DNA of 64,000 nucleotides, taken from positions 16,802,001 to 16,866,000 of the forward strand of contig OZ024752.1 of the NCBI GenBank assembly GCA_964016885.1, written 5' to 3'. Shown one piece after another: positions 40,601 through 51,505 of this stretch. The position numbers and the translations under genes are program-made. Each line of letters starts with the position of its first letter. The first letter of the stretch is position 1. Origin of the DNA: Eledone cirrhosa. Taxonomy: Eukaryota. The notes beneath the pieces are model-generated. The model searched no databases and was not told where the DNA came from. It saw nothing but the letters and a program-made list of their open reading frames with translations.

Positions 40601-42200
40601 ATTCTGATGTCAGCCGTGTGTGGTAGTCTGTCTAGGGGAAGGATCACCCTGATGTCAGCCGTGTGTGGTAGTCTGTCTAGGTGAAGGATCACCCTGATGT
40701 CAGTCATGTGTGGTAGTCTGTCTCGGGGAAGCATCATTCTGATGTCAGCCATGTGTGGTAGTCTGTTATGGGAAGGATCACTCTGATGTCAGCCGTGTGT
40801 GGCAGTCTAGCTAGGGGAAGGATAACTCTGATGTCAGCTGTGTGTGGTAGTCTGTCTCGGGGAAGGATCACTCTGATGTCAGTCGTGTGTGGTAGTCTGT
40901 CTCGGGGAAGGATCACTCTGATGTCAGTCGTGTGTGGTAGTCTGTCTAGGGGAAGGATAACTCTGATGTCAGCTGTGTGTGGTAGTCTGTCTAGGGGAAG
41001 GATCACTCTGATGTCAGTCGTGTGTGGTAGTCTGTCTCGGGGAAGGATCACTCTGATGTCAGTCGTGTGTGGTAGTCTGTCTAGGGGAAGGATAACTCTG
41101 ATGTCAGCTGTGTGTGGTAGTCTGTCTAAGGGAAGGATCACTCTGATGTCAGCCGTGTGTGGTAGTCTGTCTAGGGGAAGGATCACTCTGATGTCAGTCA
41201 TGTGTGGTAGTCTGTCTAGGGGAAGGATCACTCTGATGTCAGCTGTGTGTGGTAGTCTGTCTAGGGGAAGGATCACTCTGATGTCAGTCATGTGTGCTAG
41301 TCTGTCTAGGGGAAGGATCACCCTGATGTCAGCCGTGTGTGGTAGTCTGTCTAGGGGAAGGATCACTCTGATGTCAGCTGTGTGTGGCCGTCTGCCTAGG
41401 GGAAGGATTACCCTGATGTCAGCCGTGTGTGGTAGTCTGTCTAGGGGAAGGATCACTCTGATGTCAGCTGTGTGTGGTAGTCTGTCTAGGGGAAGGATCA
41501 CTCTGATGTCAGCTGTGTGTGGTAGTCTGTCTAGGGGAAGGATCACTCTGATGTCAGCTGTGTGTGGTAGTCTGTCTAGGGGAAGGATCACTCTGATGTC
41601 AGCTGTGTGTGGTAGTCTGTCTCGGGGAAGGATCACTCTGATGTCAGTTGTGTGTGGTAGTCTGTCTAGGGGAAGGATAACTCTGATGTCAGCTGTGTGT
41701 GGTAGTCTGTCTCGGGGAAGGATCACTCTGATGTCAGCCGTGTGTAGTAGTCTGTCTAGGGGAAGGATCACTCTGATGTCAGTCATGTGTGGTAGTCTGT
41801 CTAGGGGAAGGATCACTCTGATGTCAGCTGTGTGTGGTAGTCTGTCTCGCGGAAGGATCACTCTGATGTCAGTCGTGTGTGGTAGTCTGTCTAGGGGAAG
41901 GATCACTCTGATGTCAGCTGTGTGTGGTAGTCTGTCTCGCGGAAGGATCACTCTGATGTCAGTCATGTGTGGTAGTCTGTCTCGGGGAAGGATCACTCTG
42001 ATGTCAGCCGTGTGTGGTAGTCTGTCTCGGGGAAGCATCATTCTGATGTCAGCCGTGTGTGGTAGTCTGTCTAGGGGAAGGATCACCCTGATGTCAGCCG
42101 TGTGTGGTAGTCTGTCTAGGTGAAGGATCACCCTGATGTCAGTCATGTGTGGTAGTCTGTCTCGGGGAAGGATCACTCTGATGTCAGCTGTGTGTGGTAG
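25660..42200. repeat. Nested higher-order duplication: 7331-bp unit plus a 2025-bp duplication across its junction (net offset 9356 bp)
   Basis: ORF offsets: 25719/33050 = 7331; 33050/35075 and 32780/34805 = 2025; 27185/36541, 28804/38160, 29928/39284 and 31412/40768 = 9356. Boundaries approximate. Confidence 0.88.
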
Positions 42201-45200
42201 TCTGTCTCGGGGAAGGATCACTCTGATGTCAGTCGTGTGTGGTAGTCTGTCTAGGGGAAGGATAACTCTGATGTCAGCTGTGTGTGGTAGTCTGTCTAGG
42301 GGAAGGATAACTCTGATGTCAGCTGTGTGTGGTAGTCTGTCTAGGGGAAGGATAACTCTGATGTCAGCCGTGTGTGGTAGTCTGTCTCGGGGAAGCATCA
42401 TTCTGATGTCAGCCATGTGTGGTAGTCTGTTATGGGAAGGATCACTCTGATGTCAGCCGTGTGTGGCAGTCTAGCTAGGGGAAGGATAACTCTGATGTCA
42501 GCTGTGTGTGGTAGTCTGTCTCGGGGAAGGATCAGTCTGATTTCAGTCGTGTGTGGTAGTCTTTCTCGGGGAAGGATCACTCTGATGTCAGTCGTGTGTG
42601 GTAGTCTGTCTAGGGGAAGGATAACTCTGATGTCAGCTGTGTGTGGTAGTCTGTCTAGGGGAAGGATCACTCTGATGTCAGTCGTGTGTGGTAGTCTGTC
42701 TCGGGGAAGGATCACTCTGATGTCAGTCGTGTGTGGTAGTCTGTCTAGGGGAAGGATAACTCTGATGTCAGCTGTGTGTGGTAGTCTGTCTAGGGGAAGG
42801 ATAACTCTGATGTCAGCCGTGTGTGGTAGTCTGTCTCGGGGAAGCATCATTCTGATGTCAGCCATGTGTGGTAGTCTGTTATGGGAAGGATCACTCTGAT
42901 GTCAGCCGTGTGTGGCAGTCTAGCTAGGGGAAGGATAACTCTGATGTCAGCTGTGTGTGGTAGTCTGTCTCGGGGAAGAATCACTCTGATGTCAGTCGTG
43001 TGTGGTAGTCTGTCTCGGGGAAGGATCACTCTGATGTCAGTCGTGTGTGGTAGTCTGTCTAGGGGAAGGATAACTCTGATGTCAGCTGTGTGTGGTAGTC
43101 TGTCTAGGGGAAGGATCACTCTGATGTAAGTCGTGTGTGGTAGTCTGTCTCGGGGAAGGATCACTCTGATGTCAGTCGTGTGTGGTAGTCTGTCTAGGGG
43201 AAGGATAACTCTGATGTCAGCTGTGTGTGGTAGTCTGTCTAAGGGAAGGATCACTCTGATGTCAGCCGTGTGTGGTAGTCTGTCTAGGGGAAGGATCACT
43301 CTGATGTCAGTCATGTGTGGTAGTCTGTCTAGGGGAAGGATCACTCTGATGTCAGCTGTGTGTGGTAGTCTGTCTAGGGGAAGGATCACTCTGATGTCAG
43401 TCATGTGTGGTAGTCTGTCTAGGGGAAGGATCACTCTGATGTCAGCCGTGTGTGGTAGTCTGTCTAGGGGAAGGATCACTCTGATGTCAGCTGTGTGTGG
43501 TAGTCTGTGTAGGGGAAGGATCACTCTGATGCCAGCTGTGTGTGGTAGTCTGTCTAGGGGAAGGATCACCCTGATGTCAGCCGTGTATGGTAGTCTGTCT
43601 AGGGGAAGGATCACTCTGATGTCAGCTGTGTGTGGCCGTCTGCCTAGGGGAAGGATTACCCTGATGTCAGCCGTGTGTGGTAGTCTGTCTAGGTGAAGGA
43701 TCACTCTGATGTCAGCCGTGTATGGTAGTCTGTCTAGGGGAAGGATCACCCTGATGTCAGCCGTGTATGGTAGTCTGTCTAGGGGAAGGATCACTCTGAT
43801 GTCAGCTGTGTGTGGTAGTCTGTCTAGGGGAAGGATCACTCTGATGTCAGCTGTGTGTGGTAGTCTGTCTAGGGGAAGGATCACTCTGATGTCAGCTGTG
43901 TGTGGTAGTCTGTCTCGGGGAAGGATCACTCTGATGTCAGTCGTGTGTGGTAGTCTGTCTAAGGGAAGGATCACTCTGATGTCAGCCGTGTGTTGCAGTC
44001 TAGCTAGGGGAAGGATCACTCTGATGTCAGTCGTGTGTGGTAGTCTGTCTAGGGGAAGGATCACTCTGATGTCAGCTGTGTGTGGTAGTCTGTCTCGGGG
44101 AAGGATCACTCTGATGTCAGTCGTGTGTGGTAGTCTGTCTAAGGGAAGGATCACTCTGATGTCAGCCGTGTGTGGCAGTCTAGCTAGGGGAAGGATCACT
44201 CTGATGTCAGTCGTGTGTGGTAGTCTGTCTCGGGGAAGGATCACTCTGATGTCAGTCGTGTGTGGTAGTCTGTCTAGGGGAAGGATAACTCTGATGTCAG
44301 CCGTGTGTGGTAGTCTGTCTAGGGGAAGGATCACTCTGATGTCAGCCGTGTGTGGTAGTCTGTCTAGGGGAAGGATCACTCTGATGTCAGCTGTGTGTGG
44401 TAGTCTGTCTAGGGGAAGGATCACTCTGATGTCAGTCATGTGTGGTAGTCTGTCTAGGGGAAGGATCACTCTGATGTCAGCTGTGTGTGGTAGTCTGTCT
44501 AGGGGAAGGATCACTCTAATATCAGCTATGTGTAGTAGTCTGTCTAGGGGAAGGATCACTCTAATATCAGCTATGTGTGGTAGTCTGTCTAGGGGAAGGA
44601 TCACTCTGATGTCAGCTGTGTGTGGTAGTCTGTCTAGGGGAAGGATCACTCTGATGTCAGCTGTGTGTGGTAGTCTGTCTAGGGGAAGGATCACTCTGAT
44701 GTCAGCTGTGTGTGGTAGTCTGTCTAGGGGAAGGATCACTCTGATGTCAGCTGTGTGTGGTAGTCTGTCTAGGGGAAGGATCACTCTGATGTCAGCTGTG
44801 TGTGGTAGTCTGTCTAGGGGAAGGATCACTCTAATATCAGCTATGTGTAGTAGTCTGTCTAGGGGAAGGATCACTCTAATATCAGCTATGTGTGGTAGTC
44901 TGTCTAGGGGAAGGATCACTCTGATGTCAGCTGTGTGTGGTAGTCTGTCTAGGGGAAGGATCACTCTGATGTCAGCTGTGTGTGGTAGTCTGTCTAGGGG
45001 AAGGATCACTTTGATGTCAGCTGTGTGTGGTAGTCTGTCTCGGGGAAGGATCACTCTGATGTCAGTCGTGTGTGGTAGTCTGTCTAGGGGAAGGATCACT
45101 CTGATGTCAGCTGTGTGTGGTAGTCTGTCTAGGGGAAGGACCACTCTGATGTCAGTCATGTGTGGTAGTCTGTCTAGGGGAAGGATCACTCTGATGTCAG

Positions 45201-48200
45201 CTGTGTGTGGTAGTCTGTCTAGGGGAAGGATCACTCTGATGTCAGTCGTGTGTGGTAGTCTGTCTAGGGGAAGGATCACTCTGATGTCAGCCGTGTGTGG
45301 TAGTCTGTCTCGGGGAAGGATCACTCTGATGTCAGCCGTGTGTAGTAGTCTGTCTAGGGGAAGGATCACTCTGATGTCAGTCATGTGTGGTAGTCTGTCT
45401 AGGGGAAGGATCACTCTGATGTCAGCTGTGTGTGGTAGTCTGTCTCGCGGAAGGATCACTCTGATGTCAGTCGTGTGTGGTAGTCTGTCTAGGGGAAGGA
45501 TCACTCTGATGTCAGCTGTGTGTGGTAGTCTGTCTCGCGGAAGGATCACTCTGATGTCAGTCATGTGTGGTAGTCTGTCTCGGGGAAGGATCACTCTGAT
45601 GTCAGCCGTGTGTGGTAGTCTGTCTCGGGGAAGCATCATTCTGATGTCAGCCGTGTGTGGTAGTCTGTCTAGGGGAAGGATCACCCTGATGTCAGCCGTG
45701 TGTGGTAGTCTGTCTAGGTGAAGGATCACCCTGATGTCAGTCATGTGTGGTAGTCTGTCTCGGGGAAGGATCACTCTGATGTCAGCTGTGTGTGGTAGTC
45801 TGTCTCGGGGAAGGATCACTCTGATGTCAGTCGTGTGTGGTAGTCTGTCTAGGGGAAGGATAACTCTGATGTCAGCTGTGTGTGGTAGTCTGTCTAGGGG
45901 AAGGATAACTCTGATGTCAGCTGTGTGTGGTAGTCTGTCTAGGGGAAGGATAACTCTGATGTCAGCCGTGTGTGGTAGTCTGTCTCGGGGAAGCATCATT
46001 CTGATGTCAGCCATGTGTGGTAGTCTGTTATGGGAAGGATCACTCTGATGTCAGCCGTGTGTGGCAGTCTAGCTAGGGGAAGGATAACTCTGATGTCAGC
46101 TGTGTGTGGTAGTCTGTCTCGGGGAAGGATCAGTCTGATTTCAGTCGTGTGTGGTAGTCTTTCTCGGGGAAGGATCACTCTGATGTCAGTCGTGTGTGGT
46201 AGTCTGTCTAGGGGAAGGATAACTCTGATGTCAGCTGTGTGTGGTAGTCTGTCTAGGGGAAGGATCACTCTGATGTCAGTCGTGTGTGGTAGTCTGTCTC
46301 GGGGAAGGATCACTCTGATGTCAGTCGTGTGTGGTAGTCTGTCTAGGGGAAGGATAACTCTGATGTCAGCTGTGTGTGGTAGTCTGTCTAGGGGAAGGAT
46401 AACTCTGATGTCAGCCGTGTGTGGTAGTCTGTCTCGGGGAAGCATCATTCTGATGTCAGCCATGTGTGGTAGTCTGTTATGGGAAGGATCACTCTGATGT
46501 CAGCCGTGTGTGGCAGTCTAGCTAGGGGAAGGATAACTCTGATGTCAGCTGTGTGTGGTAGTCTGTCTCGGGGAAGAATCACTCTGATGTCAGTCGTGTG
46601 TGGTAGTCTGTCTCGGGGAAGGATCACTCTGATGTCAGTCGTGTGTGGTAGTCTGTCTAGGGGAAGGATAACTCTGATGTCAGCTGTGTGTGGTAGTCTG
46701 TCTAGGGGAAGGATCACTCTGATGTAAGTCGTGTGTGGTAGTCTGTCTCGGGGAAGGATCACTCTGATGTCAGTCGTGTGTGGTAGTCTGTCTAGGGGAA
46801 GGATAACTCTGATGTCAGCTGTGTGTGGTAGTCTGTCTAAGGGAAGGATCACTCTGATGTCAGCCGTGTGTGGTAGTCTGTCTAGGGGAAGGATCACTCT
46901 GATGTCAGTCATGTGTGGTAGTCTGTCTAGGGGAAGGATCACTCTGATGTCAGCTGTGTGTGGTAGTCTGTCTAGGGGAAGGATCACTCTGATGTCAGTC
47001 ATGTGTGGTAGTCTGTCTAGGGGAAGGATCACTCTGATGTCAGCCGTGTGTGGTAGTCTGTCTAGGGGAAGGATCACTCTGATGTCAGCTGTGTGTGGTA
47101 GTCTGTGTAGGGGAAGGATCACTCTGATGCCAGCTGTGTGTGGTAGTCTGTCTAGGGGAAGGATCACCCTGATGTCAGCCGTGTATGGTAGTCTGTCTAG
47201 GGGAAGGATCACTCTGATGTCAGCTGTGTGTGGCCGTCTGCCTAGGGGAAGGATTACCCTGATGTCAGCCGTGTGTGGTAGTCTGTCTAGGTGAAGGATC
47301 ACTCTGATGTCAGCCGTGTATGGTAGTCTGTCTAGGGGAAGGATCACCCTGATGTCAGCCGTGTATGGTAGTCTGTCTAGGGGAAGGATCACTCTGATGT
47401 CAGCTGTGTGTGGTAGTCTGTCTAGGGGAAGGATCACTCTGATGTCAGCTGTGTGTGGTAGTCTGTCTAGGGGAAGGATCACTCTGATGTCAGCTGTGTG
47501 TGGTAGTCTGTCTCGGGGAAGGATCACTCTGATGTCAGTCGTGTGTGGTAGTCTGTCTAAGGGAAGGATCACTCTGATGTCAGCCGTGTGTTGCAGTCTA
47601 GCTAGGGGAAGGATCACTCTGATGTCAGTCGTGTGTGGTAGTCTGTCTAGGGGAAGGATCACTCTGATGTCAGCTGTGTGTGGTAGTCTGTCTCGGGGAA
47701 GGATCACTCTGATGTCAGTCGTGTGTGGTAGTCTGTCTAAGGGAAGGATCACTCTGATGTCAGCCGTGTGTGGCAGTCTAGCTAGGGGAAGGATCACTCT
47801 GATGTCAGTCGTGTGTGGTAGTCTGTCTCGGGGAAGGATCACTCTGATGTCAGTCGTGTGTGGTAGTCTGTCTAGGGGAAGGATAACTCTGATGTCAGCC
47901 GTGTGTGGTAGTCTGTCTAGGGGAAGGATCACTCTGATGTCAGCCGTGTGTGGTAGTCTGTCTAGGGGAAGGATCACTCTGATGTCAGCTGTGTGTGGTA
48001 GTCTGTCTAGGGGAAGGATCACTCTGATGTCAGTCATGTGTGGTAGTCTGTCTAGGGGAAGGATCACTCTGATGTCAGCTGTGTGTGGTAGTCTGTCTAG
48101 GGGAAGGATCACTCTAATATCAGCTATGTGTAGTAGTCTGTCTAGGGGAAGGATCACTCTAATATCAGCTATGTGTGGTAGTCTGTCTAGGGGAAGGATC

Positions 48201-48905
48201 ACTCTGATGTCAGCTGTGTGTGGTAGTCTGTCTAGGGGAAGGATCACTCTGATGTCAGCTGTGTGTGGTAGTCTGTCTAGGGGAAGGATCACTCTGATGT
48301 CAGCTGTGTGTGGTAGTCTGTCTAGGGGAAGGATCACTCTGATGTCAGCTGTGTGTGGTAGTCTGTCTAGGGGAAGGATCACTCTGATGTCAGCTGTGTG
48401 TGGTAGTCTGTCTAGGGGAAGGATCACTCTAATATCAGCTATGTGTAGTAGTCTGTCTAGGGGAAGGATCACTCTAATATCAGCTATGTGTGGTAGTCTG
48501 TCTAGGGGAAGGATCACTCTGATGTCAGCTGTGTGTGGTAGTCTGTCTAGGGGAAGGATCACTCTGATGTCAGCTGTGTGTGGTAGTCTGTCTAGGGGAA
48601 GGATCACTTTGATGTCAGCTGTGTGTGGTAGTCTGTCTCGGGGAAGGATCACTCTGATGTCAGTCGTGTGTGGTAGTCTGTCTAGGGGAAGGATCACTCT
48701 GATGTCAGCTGTGTGTGGTAGTCTGTCTAGGGGAAGGACCACTCTGATGTCAGTCATGTGTGGTAGTCTGTCTAGGGGAAGGATCACTCTGATGTCAGCT
48801 GTGTGTGGTAGTCTGTCTAGGGGAAGGATCACTCTGATGTCAGTCGTGTGTGGTAGTCTGTCTAGGGGAAGGATCACTCTGATGTCAGCCGTGTGTGGTA
48901 GTCTG
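41710..48905. repeat. Tandem higher-order duplication, unit 3598 bp (80 monomers)
   Basis: ORF offsets of 3598 (42136/45734, 42432/46030, 42881/46479, 43709/47307). Private variants ATCAGTCTGATTTC, GATGTAAGTC, GATGCCAGC and ACTTTGATG recur at that offset. Confidence 0.92.
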
Positions 48906-49901
48906 TCTAGGGGAAGGATCACTCTGATGTCAGCCGTGTGTGGTAGTCTGTCTAGGGGAAGGATCACTCTAATATCAGCTATGTGTGGTAGTCTGTCTAG
49001 GGGAAGGATCACTCTGATGTCAGTCATGTGTGGTAGTCTGTCTAGGGGAAGGATCACTCTGATGTCAGCTGTGTGTGGTAGTCTGTCTAGGGGAAGGATC
49101 ACTCTGATGTCAGCTGTGTGTGGTAGTCTGTCTCGGGGAAGGATCACTCTGATGTCAGTCGTGTGTGGTAGTCTGTCTAGGGGAAGGATAACTCTGATGT
49201 CAGCTGTGTGTGGTAGTCTGTCTCGGGGAAGGATCACTCTGATATCAGTCGTGTGTGGTAGTCTGTCTAGGGGAAGGATAACTCTGATGTCAGCTGTGTG
49301 TGGTAGTCTGTCTCGGGGAAGGATCACTCTGATGTCAGCCGTGTGTAGTAGTCTGTCTAGGGGAAGGATCACTCTGATGTCAGTCATGTGTGGTAGTCTG
49401 TCTAGGGGAAGGATCACTCTGATGTCAGCTGTGTGTGGTAGTCTGTCTCGGGGAAGGATCACTCTGATGTCAGCCGTGTGTGGTAGTCTGTCTCGGGGAA
49501 GCATCATTCTGATGTCAGCCGTGTGTGGTAGTCTGTCTAGGGGAAGGATCACCCTGATGTCAGCCGTGTGTGGTAGTCTGTCTAGGGGAAGGATCACCCT
49601 GATGTCAGCCGTGTGTGGTAGTCTGTCTAGGGGAAGGATCACCCTGATGTCAGTCATGTGTGGTAGTCTGTTATGGGAAGGATCACTCTGATGTCAGCCG
49701 TGTGTGGCAGTCTAGCTAGGGGAAGGATCACTCTGATGTCAGTCGTGTGTGGTAGTCTGTCTAGGGGAAGGATCACTCTGTTGTCATCCAAGTGTGGTAG
49801 TCTGTCTAGGGGAAGGATCACTCTGATGTCAGTCGTGTGTGGCAGTCTGTCTAGGGGAAGGATCACTCTGATGTCAGCCAAGTGTGGTAGCCTGTCTAGG
49901 G

Positions 49902-49955
49902 CATGAGATATCTTATGTAAGTTGGTCACCCTAACCACTAGACTATGTGCCTCTC
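49902..49955 (-). repeat. Possible tRNA-derived SINE 5' head (Pol III A-box) abutting the end of the satellite
   Basis: The minus strand reads GAGGCACATAGTCTAGTGGTTAGGGTG. TAGTCTAGTGG (49935-49945) fits the A-box consensus TRGYNNARNNG. No clear B-box follows. Confidence 0.45.
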
Positions 49956-50776
49956 ATTATAGCATCATTCAGAAACAATTATAGATTTTCCCTTATTTTT
50001 AATCGTTTGTAGCTGGGTGATTTTTCATAGTAATTGTGTGTTTGTTAGTGTTTATGCCGTTGCTTTGTTTGGGTCTATGTGTGGGTGTCTAATTGCTTCC
50101 AGCTGTCAAACGCTCTGACTTATTTAATACTTGTTTACATAAAATATAAGACATTCCGCAGAGTATATAGTTAAAACTTCAGTAAGTAATATAAAATAGA
50201 CCATCAACCAATTAATAAACCATTCATAAATATATAGATACACTGTAACATCACCATCAAAGTATCAATATCTAAAATTAGAATTAAAATCTAAGTAAGA
50301 ATGAATTTAGTCCAGAAATATATATAAAAAAACAGTACTTAAAATAAAAAAAAAAACTGTACTTCTATGCCTTACTATGAATCAAGCGACAAATCTGGTA
50401 ACCTGATACCCCTGTCAGCTTACAATCATCAATGCCAGCAACAATACTATTTCCCTTCTACAATAGAACTAGTACTAGAGAAATCTGGTCATATGTGTAC
50501 TGGTCGCCATATGTGTACTGGTAATATATCAATGGAAAATTACATCTCATTTGTATATTTGTCTGTAGAGAACGTATAAGGGGGTTATCATACCGTACAA
50601 CATTGAAATACGTATAACGAATAAAATAAAGATGTACGAATAAAACCGTCTCTCCTATTTATTATAATAAACCCCCGGATGAACAAAAATCGTGGAGTGC
50701 TTCACGTCTGTTAAGGAATAAGTCGGCAGATTTTTAATCAACCAACTTTCTTCAATTGAATAATATATAATATATA

Positions 50777-51288
50777 CTAGCCGAATTACCCGCGCCTTGC
50801 TGCGTTTCACACATTTTTTTGGTAAGAAAATGGGGATTCATTTTAAATCAGTGATATAATTTATGGAGAAAACTCTGCATTTCAATATTACTCAATGTAA
50901 AATGTAATGCATGAAAAATTGGAAAACATTATTTTTTGTAATATATCAAATCAAAATTACATTATTAAATCTTATCCTTATTTTGTTTCTTGTAAATCAT
51001 TTTTTTCAAAATATCAATTCAAAACTTTTGTGAATAGGCATCATATCTTGTTATTTACCTATGGTTTAAATTTCATATAAATCGAAGGGAAAAAATTTCA
51101 GCGGGGTTTTGTGCCCCCGGGGAACCTTTGATTAAAATGAAATATAATTATCCAAGTACCCTGGGCAATGTAGTTTCAGAATATATATGGTTATGGGGGG
51201 TCTATCTCCAAAACCATAGGAAGAGTTCGTGAACAAACAAACAAACAAACAGACAGGAATACAACTTTATATATATATATATATAGGA
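50777..51288 (-). mobile_element. Non-autonomous Helitron-like element
   Basis: On the minus strand it starts near TCC(TA)n, carries a (GTTT)n tract near its 5' end, and ends with a GC-rich imperfect hairpin (CGCAGCAAGGCGCGGG) shortly before a terminal CTAG followed by T. This is the established layout of short Helitrons. The 5' boundary is uncertain and may lie beyond the TA-flanked insert, near 51,510. Confidence 0.65.
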
Positions 51289-51386
51289 AAATGTTCAAGA
51301 CCCCGACGGCAGAGCTCAAGCCGTTTCGACGGCTATTTCTGGACTCAATCCAGAATCTGCCGCCGGGGTCTTGAACATCTTCCTAT
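51283..51386. other. GC-rich Y-shaped foldback: 31-bp stem topped by two short hairpins
   Basis: 51283-51313 is the reverse complement of 51356-51386 with two mismatches. The loop holds AGCCGT-TTCG-ACGGCT and TTCTGGA-CTCAA-TCCAGAA. Confidence 0.9.
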
Positions 51387-51461
51387 TACCCACTCTACTA
51401 CCCAAAGTATTGAGTACTCTGGTGCGTTATGGTCCACCTGGTTCTTACCACACTTCCTTTG

Positions 51462-51505
<44 letters not shown>

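Larger units (their letters stand above)
1..49901. repeat. 45-bp tandem satellite array, about 1,100 monomers, continuing beyond the left edge
   Basis: Read directly: monomer GATCACTCTGATGTCAGCYGTGTGTGGTAGTCTGTCTAGGGGAAG repeats head-to-tail with occasional 44- and 43-bp deletion monomers and no inserted foreign sequence that I could see. It ends abruptly at ...CCTGTCTAGGG|CATGAG near 49,901. Copy number is length divided by 45. Confidence 0.99.

Noticed and set aside
1-49901. CRISPR array or repeat-spacer system
   Set aside because: Monomers are directly adjacent with no unique spacers, there are no cas-like ORFs, and the context is eukaryotic.
1-49901. Hammerhead ribozyme in the satellite monomer (CTGATG...GGAAG)
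   Set aside because: The core reads CTGATGT and GAAG instead of CUGANGA and GAAA, and the required stems cannot be formed.
1-49901. All duplication units being multiples of 16 monomers (16, 80, 80, 208)
   Set aside because: The 208-monomer offset resolves into 163 + 45, and 3-, 4- and 7-monomer duplications also occur.
1-49901. G-quadruplex array or CRE enhancer array
   Set aside because: There is only one G4 run per 45 bp. TGATGTCA is a near-CRE, but sequence alone gives no evidence of factor binding.
49929-49934. Telomeric CCCTAA at the array end
   Set aside because: A single hexamer, better explained as part of the tRNA-like head GTGGTTAGGG.
11-49938. Dozens of long ORFs (up to 1070 aa) as protein-coding genes
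   Set aside because: They are translations of a 45-bp monomer that lacks stops in one frame per strand. Stops and frameshifts are copied along with duplicated blocks, and there is no unique N- or C-terminal domain.
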